Shown: positions 1 through 14,983 of the stretch, one piece after another
How the letters are laid out: each line of letters starts with the position of its first letter
Position numbering within the stretch: the stretch's first letter is position 1
NCBI GenBank assembly: GCA_963713825.1
Contig: CAVQNG010000003.1
Location: 800,001-864,000, forward strand
Length of the DNA: 64,000 nt
Reading direction: 5' to 3'
From: an uncultured Acidobacteriota bacterium
GTDB taxonomy: Bacteria; Acidobacteriota; Thermoanaerobaculia; Multivoradales; JAHEKO01
The notes under the pieces: generated by a model
Database searches by the model: none
Seen by the model: the letters and a program-made list of their open reading frames with translations, nothing else
What the model was told of the DNA's origin: nothing
Made by a program: the position numbers and the translations under genes

Positions 1-114
1 GGTGCAGGCCACGATGCTGGAGATGGAATCCAGCAGGGTTCCGTCCCAGTCGAAGATCAGCAGACTGAACGGGCCGGGGACCGGGACTGCTACCGTTTCG
101 TCTGTCGCTGCCAT
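1..114 (-). CDS. HAD-superfamily hydrolase, N-terminal part (runs off window edge)
   Basis: Manual minus-strand translation from ATG at 114: MAATDETVAVPVPGPFSLLIFDWDGTLLDSISSIVACT, containing HAD motif I DxDGT. Confidence 0.8.
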   Translation of the reverse strand, partial: MAATDETVAVPVPGPFSLLIFDWDGTLLDSISSIVACT

Positions 115-160
115 CGCTGATCGGCCGCCTTGCTCTCGTTCGAGTCTAGCAATGCTCTCT

Positions 161-1213
161 TCATTGGCCCTCGGGGACCAACGGTGAATAGACCAGGCCA
201 CCGACGACCGAATCCTCAGCTCGCGGGCTCGAGCTTGCCCGTACCGTGGTGACCAATCTCGCCTCCACGCTCGTGCCGGGTGGCAGCACCACCCCGAAGC
301 CCAGGATCGACCCCGACACGCGGCACCGCTCGCCGACCCGTGCCCCCGGCAGCAACAGAGTGTCCTGCAGTTGGCTCCCGGCGTTGATTCGACAGTCCCT
401 TTCGACGATGGCTCGTCTCAACTTCACCCCGGTGGCGACCTGTGCCTCTTCGGACACCCAGTTCTGGGAACCCACCCGGAAAAGCAAGCCTCGGCCGACC
501 CAATCACGAACACCCTCGAGGTAGCGTTGCGGGGTCCCCAGGTCGTGCCAGGCGCGCTTCGTTTCCACCGCCCCGACGACCCCGCCCCGAGCGACCATGG
601 GCTCATAGAGAACGCTGACGAAATCCGCTGGCTGCCCCTTCTTCACCTCGGCCAGGATCTCAGGAGAGAACACGTGGGCTCCCATGAAGACTCGGTGCCG
701 ATCCTTCTCCGTGGCTCCGGCGGGGCCGCGAAAGGCCACGATGTGGTTGTCTTCGTTCAGTCGGACACCACCCCCAAAGGGTCCCGGATCGACGCGACGA
801 GAGACCAAAAGCGTCGCCTGTGCAGAGCTCTTACGGTGCTTCTTGACCAAGCGCTTGAGAGGCCACCGACAGAGACTGTCACCATTGACGACCAGGACCA
901 GGTCGGCTGGCCTGAGGAACTCCTCCAAGGGGCCAAGAGCTCCCAGCGTTCCGAGTAGCTGCTCTTCGGGAGAGTAGGTCAGGGGCATTCCATCCACGGA
1001 GTCACCGAGGTGTTGTCGGATGTCGTCTCCCCTGTAGTGGAGATTGATGGCTGTCGCCTCACATCCGAGGCGAGCCAACTGTCGCAAGGTTCGCTGCGCG
1101 ATCGATTCGCCCTGGACCGGCAACAGCGGTTTGGGGGCGAATTCGGTGAGCGGCCGCAGGCGGTTGCCCTGTCCCGCGGCCAGCACGACGGCCCGCAGTC
1201 GAAGCTCTTTCAA
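161..1213 (-). CDS. NDP-sugar pyrophosphorylase / nucleotidyltransferase (mannose-1-phosphate guanylyltransferase-like)
   Basis: LAAGQGNRLRPLT..PKPL motif, NGD, WHDLGTP; C-terminal hexapeptide-like beta-helix region. Confidence 0.85.
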   Translation of the reverse strand: MKELRLRAVVLAAGQGNRLRPLTEFAPKPLLPVQGESIAQRTLRQLARLGCEATAINLHYRGDDIRQHLGDSVDGMPLTYSPEEQLLGTLGALGPLEEFLRPADLVLVVNGDSLCRWPLKRLVKKHRKSSAQATLLVSRRVDPGPFGGGVRLNEDNHIVAFRGPAGATEKDRHRVFMGAHVFSPEILAEVKKGQPADFVSVLYEPMVARGGVVGAVETKRAWHDLGTPQRYLEGVRDWVGRGLLFRVGSQNWVSEEAQVATGVKLRRAIVERDCRINAGSQLQDTLLLPGARVGERCRVSGSILGFGVVLPPGTSVEARLVTTVRASSSPRAEDSVVGGLVYSPLVPEGQ

Positions 1214-1788
1214 GAAAAAACCATGTCCGGCGGCGCCTCTGGGTGCTCCTGCCGGTAGTCCTCGTACAGCTCGAGGTAGGTACGCATCTCTGCCTGCTCG
1301 ACGTCGAATTCACACCGTCGCGCGACCGCTGCCGCACCGCCACCCTCGAACTCGACGAAATCTCCGATGGGTGTGTGGTCCAAGGCCACCTTGACTCCGC
1401 CCAGCCGCCACTCTTCACGCTTCTTTTCGTAGCGCTTCACGACTTCATAACCCAGACCCAGCAGAATGGCATGAACTTCGTCGCCGTTCTCGACCTTGCT
1501 CTCGCGTTCCGTGCGGATTTTGACTCCGTCTTCGAAGACAGGGGCTCCCTTGAACGTCAACGACCAGCCGCTCCGATCGCGACGCAGCCGCAAGATTTCA
1601 CGCTTTTCCAGAAGCCTCCCCTTACGATCGTAAACCACGTTCTCTTCGGCCCCTCCGGCGGCCAGACGTTCGGCCTCGAATGCCAACAAGCGCTCACGCA
1701 TCCCTTCCAAGTTGTCGCACGGAAACTTCAACTCCCTTTCGACGGTCTCGGTCTGCCGACTAGCTGATTCGGGTTCGTCTCGACTCAT
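1210..1788 (-). CDS. CYTH domain protein (class IV adenylate cyclase / triphosphate tunnel metalloenzyme)
   Basis: ExExK motif (ERELK), LRLR, LTFKG, YEKKRE, FVEFEG. Confidence 0.85.
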   Translation of the reverse strand: MSRDEPESASRQTETVERELKFPCDNLEGMRERLLAFEAERLAAGGAEENVVYDRKGRLLEKREILRLRRDRSGWSLTFKGAPVFEDGVKIRTERESKVENGDEVHAILLGLGYEVVKRYEKKREEWRLGGVKVALDHTPIGDFVEFEGGGAAAVARRCEFDVEQAEMRTYLELYEDYRQEHPEAPPDMVFS

Positions 1789-3170
1789 GCTGTTTCACCG
1801 ACCTCGTCCAGGAGTCGCACGATCGTACGAATCCCCTTGTAGAAATGGCTGATGTTGAACTTTTCGTTCGGAGCATGCAGGCGATCGTCTGGCAGGCCGT
1901 GACCAATCAGCAGGACGGGCACCTGCAAGACCTTCGAAAACGTGGCCACGATGGGGATAGAGCCACCTTCGCGAATTCGCACGGGTCGGGCGCCCCAGAC
2001 CTGTTCCTGCGCGTCCATCGCCGCGTCGGCGATCGGCCCCTGGATATCGACGAGTACCGGCTCGGCTCCATGCAGATCGCTCACCTCCACCTCGACTCCC
2101 GGCGGCGCGATCTTCTTGACATAGTCGCTGAAGAGCCGGGCGATCTTCGCGGGGTCCTGGTTCGGCACCAGGCGCATCGAGACCTTCGCTCCCGCCCAGG
2201 CCGGTATCACGGTCTTGGCGCCTTCGCCCTGGTACCCACCGTAGATACCGTTCACATCGCAGGTCGGGCGGGTCCAGGCTCTCTCAAGGGTGCTGTAGCC
2301 CTCTTCACCGAACAGCTCGCTGACGCCCAGATCGGCCATATATTCGGCTTCGTCGAAGGGAAGCTTGGCGAACTCTTCACGCTCCCAACTCTCGAGCGGC
2401 AGCGCGTCGTCGTAGAACCCAGGAATGAGGATCTTGCCGGTCTTCGGGTCCTGGAGTTGAGCGATGATCTGACTCAACGCGTTTCCAGGGTTGGCGACGG
2501 CACCGCCGAAGGTTCCCGAGTGCAGATCCCGATCGGGGCCCTTGACCTTGATCTCCATGTACGCCAGGCCCTTCAAGCCGTAGAGCAGGGACGGCTGACC
2601 GGGCGCGAACAGCGAAGTGTCCGAGACAACCACGGCGTCACAGGCCAGGCGCTTGCCGGCGTCCTCGATGACGAAGTTCTCGATGCCATGACCACCGATT
2701 TCCTCTTCGCCCTCGACCAGGAACTTCACGTTGACCGGCAACTCTCCCCGCGTCTCGAGAAGAGCCTCGACCGCCTTGACGTGAGTGAAGGACTGTCCCT
2801 TGTCGTCGGTGGCTCCTCGACAGACCAGCAGGTCCCCCTCCTCGGTCGGCTCGAACGGAGGATTGCGCCATTCTTCGATCGGGTCGGCTGGCTGCACGTC
2901 GTAATGCCCATAGAAGAGCACCGTCGGCTTGCCCTCCGCCTTGGTCCATTCGGCGTAGATCAGTGGGTTGCCATCGATCGCGATGGACTCGGCCTCCAGT
3001 CCTGCCGCCTCGAGCTTCCCGAGCAGAAACTCGCTGCACCGTAAGACGTCGGCTTTGTGTTCGGGGTCGGTCGAGACCGAGGGAATCCTTAGATACTCTT
3101 TGAGCTCCTCTAGATAGCCGGCTTGCTTTTCGTCGAGGATGGTGAAGACGTCCTGGCTGCCTGCTGTCAT
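1785..3170 (-). CDS. M20 family dipeptidase
   Basis: YGHYDVQP, RGATDDKG, EGEEE, DLHSG, GGSIP, HAPNE motifs. Confidence 0.9.
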   Translation of the reverse strand: MTAGSQDVFTILDEKQAGYLEELKEYLRIPSVSTDPEHKADVLRCSEFLLGKLEAAGLEAESIAIDGNPLIYAEWTKAEGKPTVLFYGHYDVQPADPIEEWRNPPFEPTEEGDLLVCRGATDDKGQSFTHVKAVEALLETRGELPVNVKFLVEGEEEIGGHGIENFVIEDAGKRLACDAVVVSDTSLFAPGQPSLLYGLKGLAYMEIKVKGPDRDLHSGTFGGAVANPGNALSQIIAQLQDPKTGKILIPGFYDDALPLESWEREEFAKLPFDEAEYMADLGVSELFGEEGYSTLERAWTRPTCDVNGIYGGYQGEGAKTVIPAWAGAKVSMRLVPNQDPAKIARLFSDYVKKIAPPGVEVEVSDLHGAEPVLVDIQGPIADAAMDAQEQVWGARPVRIREGGSIPIVATFSKVLQVPVLLIGHGLPDDRLHAPNEKFNISHFYKGIRTIVRLLDEVGETA

Positions 3171-3254
3171 GCGCTTGAACCCTCCGGTATTTCTCTCGTT
3201 TTTCGCAACGATTGCAGTCTAGCAGAGCCCTAGACCGACGACGTTCATCCCGAC

Positions 3255-3836
3255 TCAGGGAGATTCGGGGTGTTCTTGGCGGACGAGATGATCCAGGTTC
3301 ACGGCGTTGACGACAACGTGGGCCAGAACTGGCGCTAGCAGGTTGCCTCGCCACAGCATGAGACCCGCCAGAGCCACGCCGGCCACCCCTGCGAAGGCCG
3401 TCCATGCCCGGTAGGTGCTACCCGGTCCCGTGTGCAGCAAGGTGAACAGCACCGTGGCCGGAATCCAACCCCAAGCCCCTTGGACAGCGCCGCGAAAGAA
3501 CAACTCCTCCGCAAAGCCCGACAACAGTGCCAAGGCGACGATCTCGTGTCGCTCCAAGGGTCCCAGAAGTGCCGCGAGTTGTCGCTCGAGTAGGTGAGCG
3601 CTGGTCAGTTTTTGCCGCGCCAGCCTCCAGAGAACGATCAGGAGCCCGCCGACAGTGACTCCGAGCAAGGCGTCGAGCCACCACTTTTTGGGGTCGATGA
3701 AGAGAGTGGGGAGGATCGCTCCCTGGCGCCAACCCACCCAGAGGGCGCCAGTGATCGCCAGGACCAGATAGAAGACCCAGGCGAAGCGATAGACCAGGCT
3801 GGTTGTGCGGTGGTGTTGAACGGTTCCGCCCTCCAA
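3255..3836 (-). CDS. CPBP (Abi/CAAX) family intramembrane glutamic endopeptidase
   Basis: Hydrophobic; EELFFRG, FxxxH and HxxxN motifs. Confidence 0.85.
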   Translation of the reverse strand: MEGGTVQHHRTTSLVYRFAWVFYLVLAITGALWVGWRQGAILPTLFIDPKKWWLDALLGVTVGGLLIVLWRLARQKLTSAHLLERQLAALLGPLERHEIVALALLSGFAEELFFRGAVQGAWGWIPATVLFTLLHTGPGSTYRAWTAFAGVAGVALAGLMLWRGNLLAPVLAHVVVNAVNLDHLVRQEHPESP

Positions 3837-3887
3837 ACCCCGGGGCAGTCGAGGTTGGTGACCTCTCCTGCTGCCGTCGGCTGGCCG

Positions 3888-8849
<4,962 letters not shown>

Positions 8850-8984
8850 CTATTCGCCTTCAAGGGTCCCGCTCTTGCACCTCGCCGGGCGCGCCGATAT
8901 GTAGCAGGTCGAGTCCCTGTTCAGGATCGATTTCGGGCGGTTGTTCACGGCCTTCGAAATCAGCGCTCACACTATCATGGAACC

Positions 8985-9030
8985 ATTAAAAAATCAAACT
9001 TTAAGTAGCTTATTTTTCAACAAGTTACAG
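8985..9030. promoter_or_regulatory. AT-rich segment with IHF-like site upstream of gyrB
   Basis: AT-rich patch in GC-rich DNA; TTTCAACAAGTTA (9015-9027) resembles WATCAANNNNTTR. Confidence 0.35.
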
Positions 9031-9045
9031 CCATTGTTCGGGTAT

Positions 9046-10107
9046 TCAGGAAGGGGCCAGATTTCCCCCCTCCAATCGCCATCGGGTGGCCCCATCGGCC
9101 ATACCCCAGACCTCGGCCCGATTGGAGGTGACCACGACCTGCTTCGCCGCCAGAAAGACCCCGAACACCGCTTCCAATCGGCTTCTGTCCAGTTCGGTAT
9201 CCGCATCGTCCAGGAGATAGATCGGATCTCTTTCGGCGCTTCTGAGAAGTTGCCCTCGAGCCGCGGCGAGAAGCAGTCCCAGGACCTTTCTTTCGCCGGC
9301 GGAACCGACCCGCCGAATACCCCGACCATCGAAGAGGATCTCGACATCATCCAGATGTGGCCCAACCAATGGCCTACCTTTCTCTCGCTCACGAAGCTCG
9401 AAGCTCTCGATGGTGTCGAGCACGAGGTCTTGCGACAGGTCCTGCTTGGAGATCGACGGTCGATACCGAAGCTCTACCGGTGGCAAGGAGAGCCCGCTCA
9501 ATGTGACAGCCGCAGCGAACTCGGTCGATACCCTCTCTAAATAGTCGCGACGCAGACTCATGATCTCGCTCGCCGCTCGGGCGAGGACCTCGTTCCAGGA
9601 ACCGATCTCCTTTCGTCGCTCTGCCAGGAGAATCCTCTTACTTGCCAACGCCTGTCGGTACCGGGCCAGTATCTCGAGAGTCCTAGGCTTCTCAGCGACA
9701 ATCCCCTGATCGACGAACCGACGTCTAAGGGCCGGGGGACCGGTCAATAGATCTCGATCAGCATCGGTCCAGGCGACGACCGGCAGAACTCGAAGATGCT
9801 CTACAAGGGGGGCCGTTTTGTCGTTCAGGCGGCGATGTCTTCCTCCACCAACCCAACCCACCTCCAGTCGGCTTCTCACACCACTGTCTACCTCGCCCGC
9901 GACGCGGAAATCGCTTTCACCGTGCCGCACACAGTCGCTCGACTGGGAGGTGCGGAAGCTCCGTGTCGTGGCCAGTAGATAGATCGCTTCCAGTAGGCTG
10001 GACTTACCCGACCCATTGGGACCGAGAAGTAGATGGCAGCCGGGGCCGGGCTGCCACTCGAGGTCCTTCAGATTGCGAAAGGAATGGCTGGCAAGATGGA
10101 CGATCAA
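9046..10107 (-). CDS. recF: DNA replication/repair protein RecF
   Basis: GPNGSGKSSLLEAI Walker A, GPHLDD, SAGERK, LLDD; located between dnaN and gyrB. Confidence 0.93.
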   Translation of the reverse strand: MIVHLASHSFRNLKDLEWQPGPGCHLLLGPNGSGKSSLLEAIYLLATTRSFRTSQSSDCVRHGESDFRVAGEVDSGVRSRLEVGWVGGGRHRRLNDKTAPLVEHLRVLPVVAWTDADRDLLTGPPALRRRFVDQGIVAEKPRTLEILARYRQALASKRILLAERRKEIGSWNEVLARAASEIMSLRRDYLERVSTEFAAAVTLSGLSLPPVELRYRPSISKQDLSQDLVLDTIESFELREREKGRPLVGPHLDDVEILFDGRGIRRVGSAGERKVLGLLLAAARGQLLRSAERDPIYLLDDADTELDRSRLEAVFGVFLAAKQVVVTSNRAEVWGMADGATRWRLEGGNLAPS

Positions 10108-10174
10108 GCGGTGTCGATCTCCGTCAGGGACGGATTACGGGACGCTCCAACACCCGAAGAGGGCTCGGCGGCAT

Positions 10175-11272
10175 CTAGATTCTCATGGGCATGATGACGC
10201 ACAGGTAGCGTCGATCCTGTCCCTCGACCGGTACACCGATGCACTGGGTGTTCTCGTCCTTCATTTCGAGCATGACCTTGTCCGTTTCCAGAGCCGACAG
10301 GAACTGAGCCATGTAGTCGGGATTGACTCCCAGGCGCAACTCGTCTCCGCCATGCTCACAGGTCACCTCTTCTGCAGCCTCTCCCAGATCAGGATTGGCC
10401 GCCGATATCACCAGTCTCTCGGCATCGAACTGCAGGCTCACGGCTCGCGCTCGATCCCCCGTCAATAGCGCTACCCGCTGAATCGCAGCGGAGAGATTCT
10501 TGCGCTCGAAGATGGCCTTTTTGTCGTTGTCCTTGGCGATAACTCTGTCGTAGTCGGGAAAGGTGCCTTCCAGGATGCGACAGATCAACTCCCTTCTTCC
10601 CAACCGAAACGACAAATGGTGCTCGCCCCTGCGAAACAGAACCGTCTCTTCGCCCTCGAACCGCAGCAACTCCTGCAGGGCCTTGCGCGGCACGAGAACT
10701 CCATCTTCGGCTGTGGCACCTTTGAGATCGTTCTCCACCAGGGCCAGACGGTGACCATCGGTCGCCACCATCTCGAGAGAGTCTTCCTTGAGCTTGAACA
10801 ACGCCCCGTTGAGCTGAAACCGAGACTCTTCCACAGAGACCGCAAAGATGACCTTGCCTATCATCGCCTTGAGTTGGGCAAAAGGAATCTCCGTGCCCCC
10901 CTCATCGCCGACATCGGGCAGCGTCGGAAAGTCCGCCGGTGACAGCCCATTGATCTTGAAACGGGACTTCCCTGCCACGATCGTCAGGCGCTTTTCGTCC
11001 TCCAGAATCAGCCGCACTTCCTCTCCCACGACGGCCCGAATGATCTCGAGGAACTTCCTCGCCTGTACCGCAATTCCACCGACACCTTCGACATCTGCCG
11101 CACAACTCGTTGTCAGGGAAACATCCAGGTCTGTGGCAGCGAGGTGTAACTGATCCGCCTCGCCGCGCAAAAGGATGTGAGAGAGCACGGGAATTGTCGT
11201 TCGACGTTCGACAATACCCTGCATCGGTGCAAGCTCATTCAAGAACTCAGAACGCTTTACGCGGATTTCCAT
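10175..11272 (-). CDS. dnaN: DNA polymerase III beta clamp
   Basis: ATDLD, VATDGHRL, FPDY, C-terminal VIMPMR; likely start MEIRVK at 11272. Confidence 0.97.
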   Translation of the reverse strand: MEIRVKRSEFLNELAPMQGIVERRTTIPVLSHILLRGEADQLHLAATDLDVSLTTSCAADVEGVGGIAVQARKFLEIIRAVVGEEVRLILEDEKRLTIVAGKSRFKINGLSPADFPTLPDVGDEGGTEIPFAQLKAMIGKVIFAVSVEESRFQLNGALFKLKEDSLEMVATDGHRLALVENDLKGATAEDGVLVPRKALQELLRFEGEETVLFRRGEHHLSFRLGRRELICRILEGTFPDYDRVIAKDNDKKAIFERKNLSAAIQRVALLTGDRARAVSLQFDAERLVISAANPDLGEAAEEVTCEHGGDELRLGVNPDYMAQFLSALETDKVMLEMKDENTQCIGVPVEGQDRRYLCVIMPMRI

Positions 11273-11516
11273 GGGGTCTTCTCCGATTAGAAAGGAACCT
11301 GAATATATCATAGTGGTAGTAGTAGTAGGTGCTGTTGAAAGCTCTGAAAACTACCGCAAGTTGTTCAAATCTAAGAACCTTAGGGACCTCCTCAGAGAGC
11401 GGATTCAGGCTGTGCATCGACTGTGGAAGGGGCGGAAAAAAGGCCCAAGTCGGAGACTTTCCACAGAGTGTCCGCAGAACGGACCGCAGCTTGTCAACAG
11501 GCTAGAAGCGCGAAGG
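11273..11516. other. Replication origin oriC (dnaA-dnaN intergenic, unwinding part)
   Basis: DnaA-trio run TAGTGGTAGTAGTAGTAG at 11311-11328 next to an AT-rich stretch; DnaA-box-like 9-mers near 11333, 11422, 11457, 11491. Confidence 0.8.
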
Positions 11517-12800
11517 TCAAGAAAAGTGCTGGGCGATGCTGTGTAGGGTTCGATCGAGGTCGGAGTCCTCCGCGCGGAGCTTCTCGATTTTGTCCACGGA
11601 GTACATGACCGTCGAGTGATGCTTGTTATTGAAGTGCTTGCCGATATCCGGAAATGACAGATCCGTGAGCTGTTTGCACAGGTACATGGCGACCTGTCTC
11701 GGAAAGGCGATCTGCTTGGCGTTGTTGCGACTCTTGATCTCGCTCACCTTGAGACCGTAGTGACGAGCCACGAACTTGATGATCTCGGGCGCCAAGACGC
11801 GCTCGTAATCGGCTGGCAGGATGTCCCTCAGGGTTTCCTTGACGAGATCCAGGGAGAGGGGTTTGCCCGTCAGAGAAGAGAAAGCAACGACTCGGTTGAG
11901 CATGCCCTCGAGCTCCCTGATGTTGGACTTCACTTGTCTGGCGATGAAAAGCGCCACGTCATCCGAAAGAGCGATCCCTTCCTGGTCGGATTTTCGCCTG
12001 AGAATCGCGACTTTTGTCTCCAGATCCGGAGGTTGGATGTCGGCGATGAGGCCCCATTCGAAGCGACTCCTCAGGCGCTCCTCGAGGGCGGGGATATTTC
12101 GTGGCGAAGAGTCCGAAGACAGGACGATCTGCCGCTGGCTCGAGTAGAGGGTGTTGAAGGTGTGAAAGAACTCTTCCTGTGTGCGCTCTTTGTTGGCCAG
12201 AAACTGAATATCGTCGACCATGAAGACGTCGATGTTTCTGTACCTCTCCCGAAAATCGGGCATCCGATTGAAGCGTAGGGAGCTGATGAGCTCGTTGACG
12301 AACTGCTCGGCGGGCAGATACATCACCTGCAACTTGGGGTGCTTGCGGTGAATGGTGTGCCCAATAGCATGCAGCAGGTGAGTCTTTCCCAGTCCGACGC
12401 CTCCGTACAGGAACAGAGGGTTGTAACTGCGTGCAGGGTTCTCGGCGATGGCGCGAGCCGCCGCGTGGGCGAATTGGTTGGAGTTACCGACGACAAAGGA
12501 CTGGAATTGGTACCTGGGATTGAACTGTGAGCTCGCGATGTCGGTCTCGGTGGTGTCGCCCTCTCGGACCGTGAAGAGAACGCGGTAAGAGGGTCCCTCG
12601 AGGCTCGAGACGGCTTGCTCGATTGTCGTCCTGTAGCTTTCCTCCAGGGCGAAGAGAAACCGCCTGTTCGGCGCCACCAACTCGAGAGAGCTCTCCTTTT
12701 CGGAGTGGACCTGTAGGGGTGCAAACCAGGTCGAGAACTCCTCGGGGTCGAGCTCTTCCTTGAGCTTCGTTTGAAGACGCTGCCAAACAGATGGCGGCAT
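11517..12800 (-). CDS. dnaA: Chromosomal replication initiator DnaA
   Basis: YNPLFLYGGVGLGKTHL, DDIQF, RLRSRFEWGL, RQVAMYL, HSTV. Confidence 0.99.
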   Translation of the reverse strand: MPPSVWQRLQTKLKEELDPEEFSTWFAPLQVHSEKESSLELVAPNRRFLFALEESYRTTIEQAVSSLEGPSYRVLFTVREGDTTETDIASSQFNPRYQFQSFVVGNSNQFAHAAARAIAENPARSYNPLFLYGGVGLGKTHLLHAIGHTIHRKHPKLQVMYLPAEQFVNELISSLRFNRMPDFRERYRNIDVFMVDDIQFLANKERTQEEFFHTFNTLYSSQRQIVLSSDSSPRNIPALEERLRSRFEWGLIADIQPPDLETKVAILRRKSDQEGIALSDDVALFIARQVKSNIRELEGMLNRVVAFSSLTGKPLSLDLVKETLRDILPADYERVLAPEIIKFVARHYGLKVSEIKSRNNAKQIAFPRQVAMYLCKQLTDLSFPDIGKHFNNKHHSTVMYSVDKIEKLRAEDSDLDRTLHSIAQHFS

Positions 12801-12831
12801 GTTTTACCCCCCAAAAACCCTCACGAGTTAG

Positions 12832-12852
12832 TTTTCCACAACCTGTGGAAAA
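12832..12852. promoter_or_regulatory. Inverted pair of DnaA boxes upstream of dnaA
   Basis: TTTTCCACA (12832-12840) and TGTGGAAAA (12844-12852), each one mismatch from TTATCCACA. Confidence 0.8.
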
Positions 12853-12955
12853 ACTGCGGATCGAAATTGCTGGAAGTGCCCAAAAAGACGGGTCGAAGCG
12901 CGCGGCATTTTAGCACAGCGGGAGTCTCGGACAAGGAGCCTGGCACAAGCGAGAT

Positions 12956-14674
12956 TCAGTCGAAATCAACAAGGAAATCCAACACCTCGGGCGGCAACTC
13001 GAGAGGCATTGGCGCTGATGGAAGGGACCGTAAAAGGAGACTCTCGGCAGGCGGGCGCCCCAGAAAAGGCTCGAGGTTCTGGCTCAGAAAGTCCATCAGG
13101 GAGGGTGGCCGAGGGTAGAAGTCGATCGCGGTCGCCTCTTCCGTCTCCAGCCCTGCTTGTTGGCGGGCCATCTCCAGCGCTACATCCAGCCCGCCCAACT
13201 GATCGACAAGACCGAGATCGAGGGCCTGTCTTCCGGTCCATATCCTCCCCTGCGCAACCGAGTCGACTTCCTCTCGGGTCATCTCCCGACCCTCGGCCAC
13301 GTGCCCCACGAAGGTGTCGTAGATGCGTAGCATCAGGCGCTCGTATTGCTCCGCTTGTTCAGGTGAGAAAGGGTCCAGGGTGGAGAAGAAATCGGCGTTC
13401 GCTCCCCGCGCCAGGGTGTCGTGGGTGATGCCCAGAAGCTCTTCTTGAAACTGGCGAAGAACGAACTTTCCCCCGACGACACCGATCGATCCGGTGATGG
13501 TCGCTGGCTCTGCCACGATTCCGGTAGCCTGGCTCGCAATGTAGTAACCGCCGGATGCGGCGACATCGGACATGGACACGACCACCGGCTTGCTCTCGGC
13601 GAGCCGGATGACCTCGCGCAGCATCAAGTCGGAAGCCAGGGCAGACCCACCCGGACTATCGACCCGCAGGACGACTGCGGAGACACCGGGATCGTCGGCC
13701 AACTCGCGAAGGATAGCCCCGAGCGACTCAGAGCCAGCAAAGCGCTGCTGTGACCAAGGATCGGTACCGTTCGAGCCCCGCACGATGGTGCCCTGGGTAA
13801 AGACGACGGCGACTCGCTCTCCGGCCAGGGGCCGACCCGTCGGTGCGTAGTCGGACAGCGGCACCATTCGGGGCTCCTCAGAGGAGAGCTCCAAAAGGCT
13901 GGCCTCGAACTCATCGGGGTAGCCGAGGCTATCCACGAGGCCGGCTTGCAGGGCCTCGTCTGCGGTCAGTGGGGCTTGGTCGATAAGGCCGCGGACCGCC
14001 TCCTCTGTGAGCTCTCGATCCGTCGCGATCGTGGTGACGATCTGTTCGAAAAGGTCGTCCAACACACTCGACAGCGCTTCTTCGGCAGCCGGTGAATGTT
14101 CTGTGTTGGTGAATTGCTCTGCAGCGCTCTTGTACTGCCCGGCGTGAGAGAACTCGGTCTCGATCTTCAGTTTGTCGAGCGTACCCCGTAGAAAGTAGGC
14201 GTCGGAGAACAATCCAACCAGGTTCACGTCGCCCATGGGAGCCAGGGTAATGTGGTCACAGACACTGACCAGGAAGTAGGCCAGGGTTCCGTTCGTGCCC
14301 TCGCCCGCGGTCTCCATGAAGCAATTGACGAATTTTCCGGATTCCTGAAAGCTCTGCAGCAACGTGCGGAGCTCCTGAGCCTTACCAAAGCCGAAGCGAG
14401 CATTCCTCAAGTAGACCGAGAGACCCAGGACCTCAGGGTCATTGCGCGCTCGAGCCAGCCCGGCCCAAACGTCGGCCAGGCTCTGGGGGGAACCCCGCCG
14501 GATCCAGGATACGGACGGGGCCTCCAGATAGTCGTGCACGGGGCGATCGAGTGTCAGGGTGACGATCTTCTCGCCTGGTAGCGTGGCGCCACCCCTGGAA
14601 AGAAGAATCCCCGCGGTGGCGACCACGACGGCCAAGACCAGCAGCACAAGAAAGATGACGAGGAGTCTTTTCAT
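12956..14674 (-). CDS. sppA: Signal peptide peptidase SppA (67 kDa type)
   Basis: N-terminal TM, GQYKSA, RVDSPGGS, AASGGY, TGSIGV, QGRIWTG; likely start MKRLL at 14674. Confidence 0.93.
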   Translation of the reverse strand: MKRLLVIFLVLLVLAVVVATAGILLSRGGATLPGEKIVTLTLDRPVHDYLEAPSVSWIRRGSPQSLADVWAGLARARNDPEVLGLSVYLRNARFGFGKAQELRTLLQSFQESGKFVNCFMETAGEGTNGTLAYFLVSVCDHITLAPMGDVNLVGLFSDAYFLRGTLDKLKIETEFSHAGQYKSAAEQFTNTEHSPAAEEALSSVLDDLFEQIVTTIATDRELTEEAVRGLIDQAPLTADEALQAGLVDSLGYPDEFEASLLELSSEEPRMVPLSDYAPTGRPLAGERVAVVFTQGTIVRGSNGTDPWSQQRFAGSESLGAILRELADDPGVSAVVLRVDSPGGSALASDLMLREVIRLAESKPVVVSMSDVAASGGYYIASQATGIVAEPATITGSIGVVGGKFVLRQFQEELLGITHDTLARGANADFFSTLDPFSPEQAEQYERLMLRIYDTFVGHVAEGREMTREEVDSVAQGRIWTGRQALDLGLVDQLGGLDVALEMARQQAGLETEEATAIDFYPRPPSLMDFLSQNLEPFLGRPPAESLLLRSLPSAPMPLELPPEVLDFLVDFD

Positions 14675-14983
14675 GATGTCCGCGTCGTGAACTGTCCCAG
14701 AAACAGTGAGAGAAGTCCAGATTTCCACCGCTCGCTCGAGGCCCAGCCGAGAGGGCACGAGATTTGCTTGTGAAACTTGTAACAAGGCTTTCGGGGAGGT
14801 TTCCCTACATCAACTATCCCACCCCCATGGTCGAATTCGAAAGAGATCGACACATATCAAACAAGCCCGCCAAAGTCCCCTAGATAAACAGGGGTAACAC
14901 CACAAACACCCACCAACGACGAAACCTCCCCCGCAAGCCCTTCCCCCGAAGGGCGCGCCGGGAAGAGACCGGTAGTATGGGAG

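Noticed and set aside
1845-3044. Long antisense ORFs (this one and others such as 16039-17304, 26457-27653, 30194-31138)
   Set aside because: Shadow ORFs opposite well-supported genes, expected in high-GC DNA.
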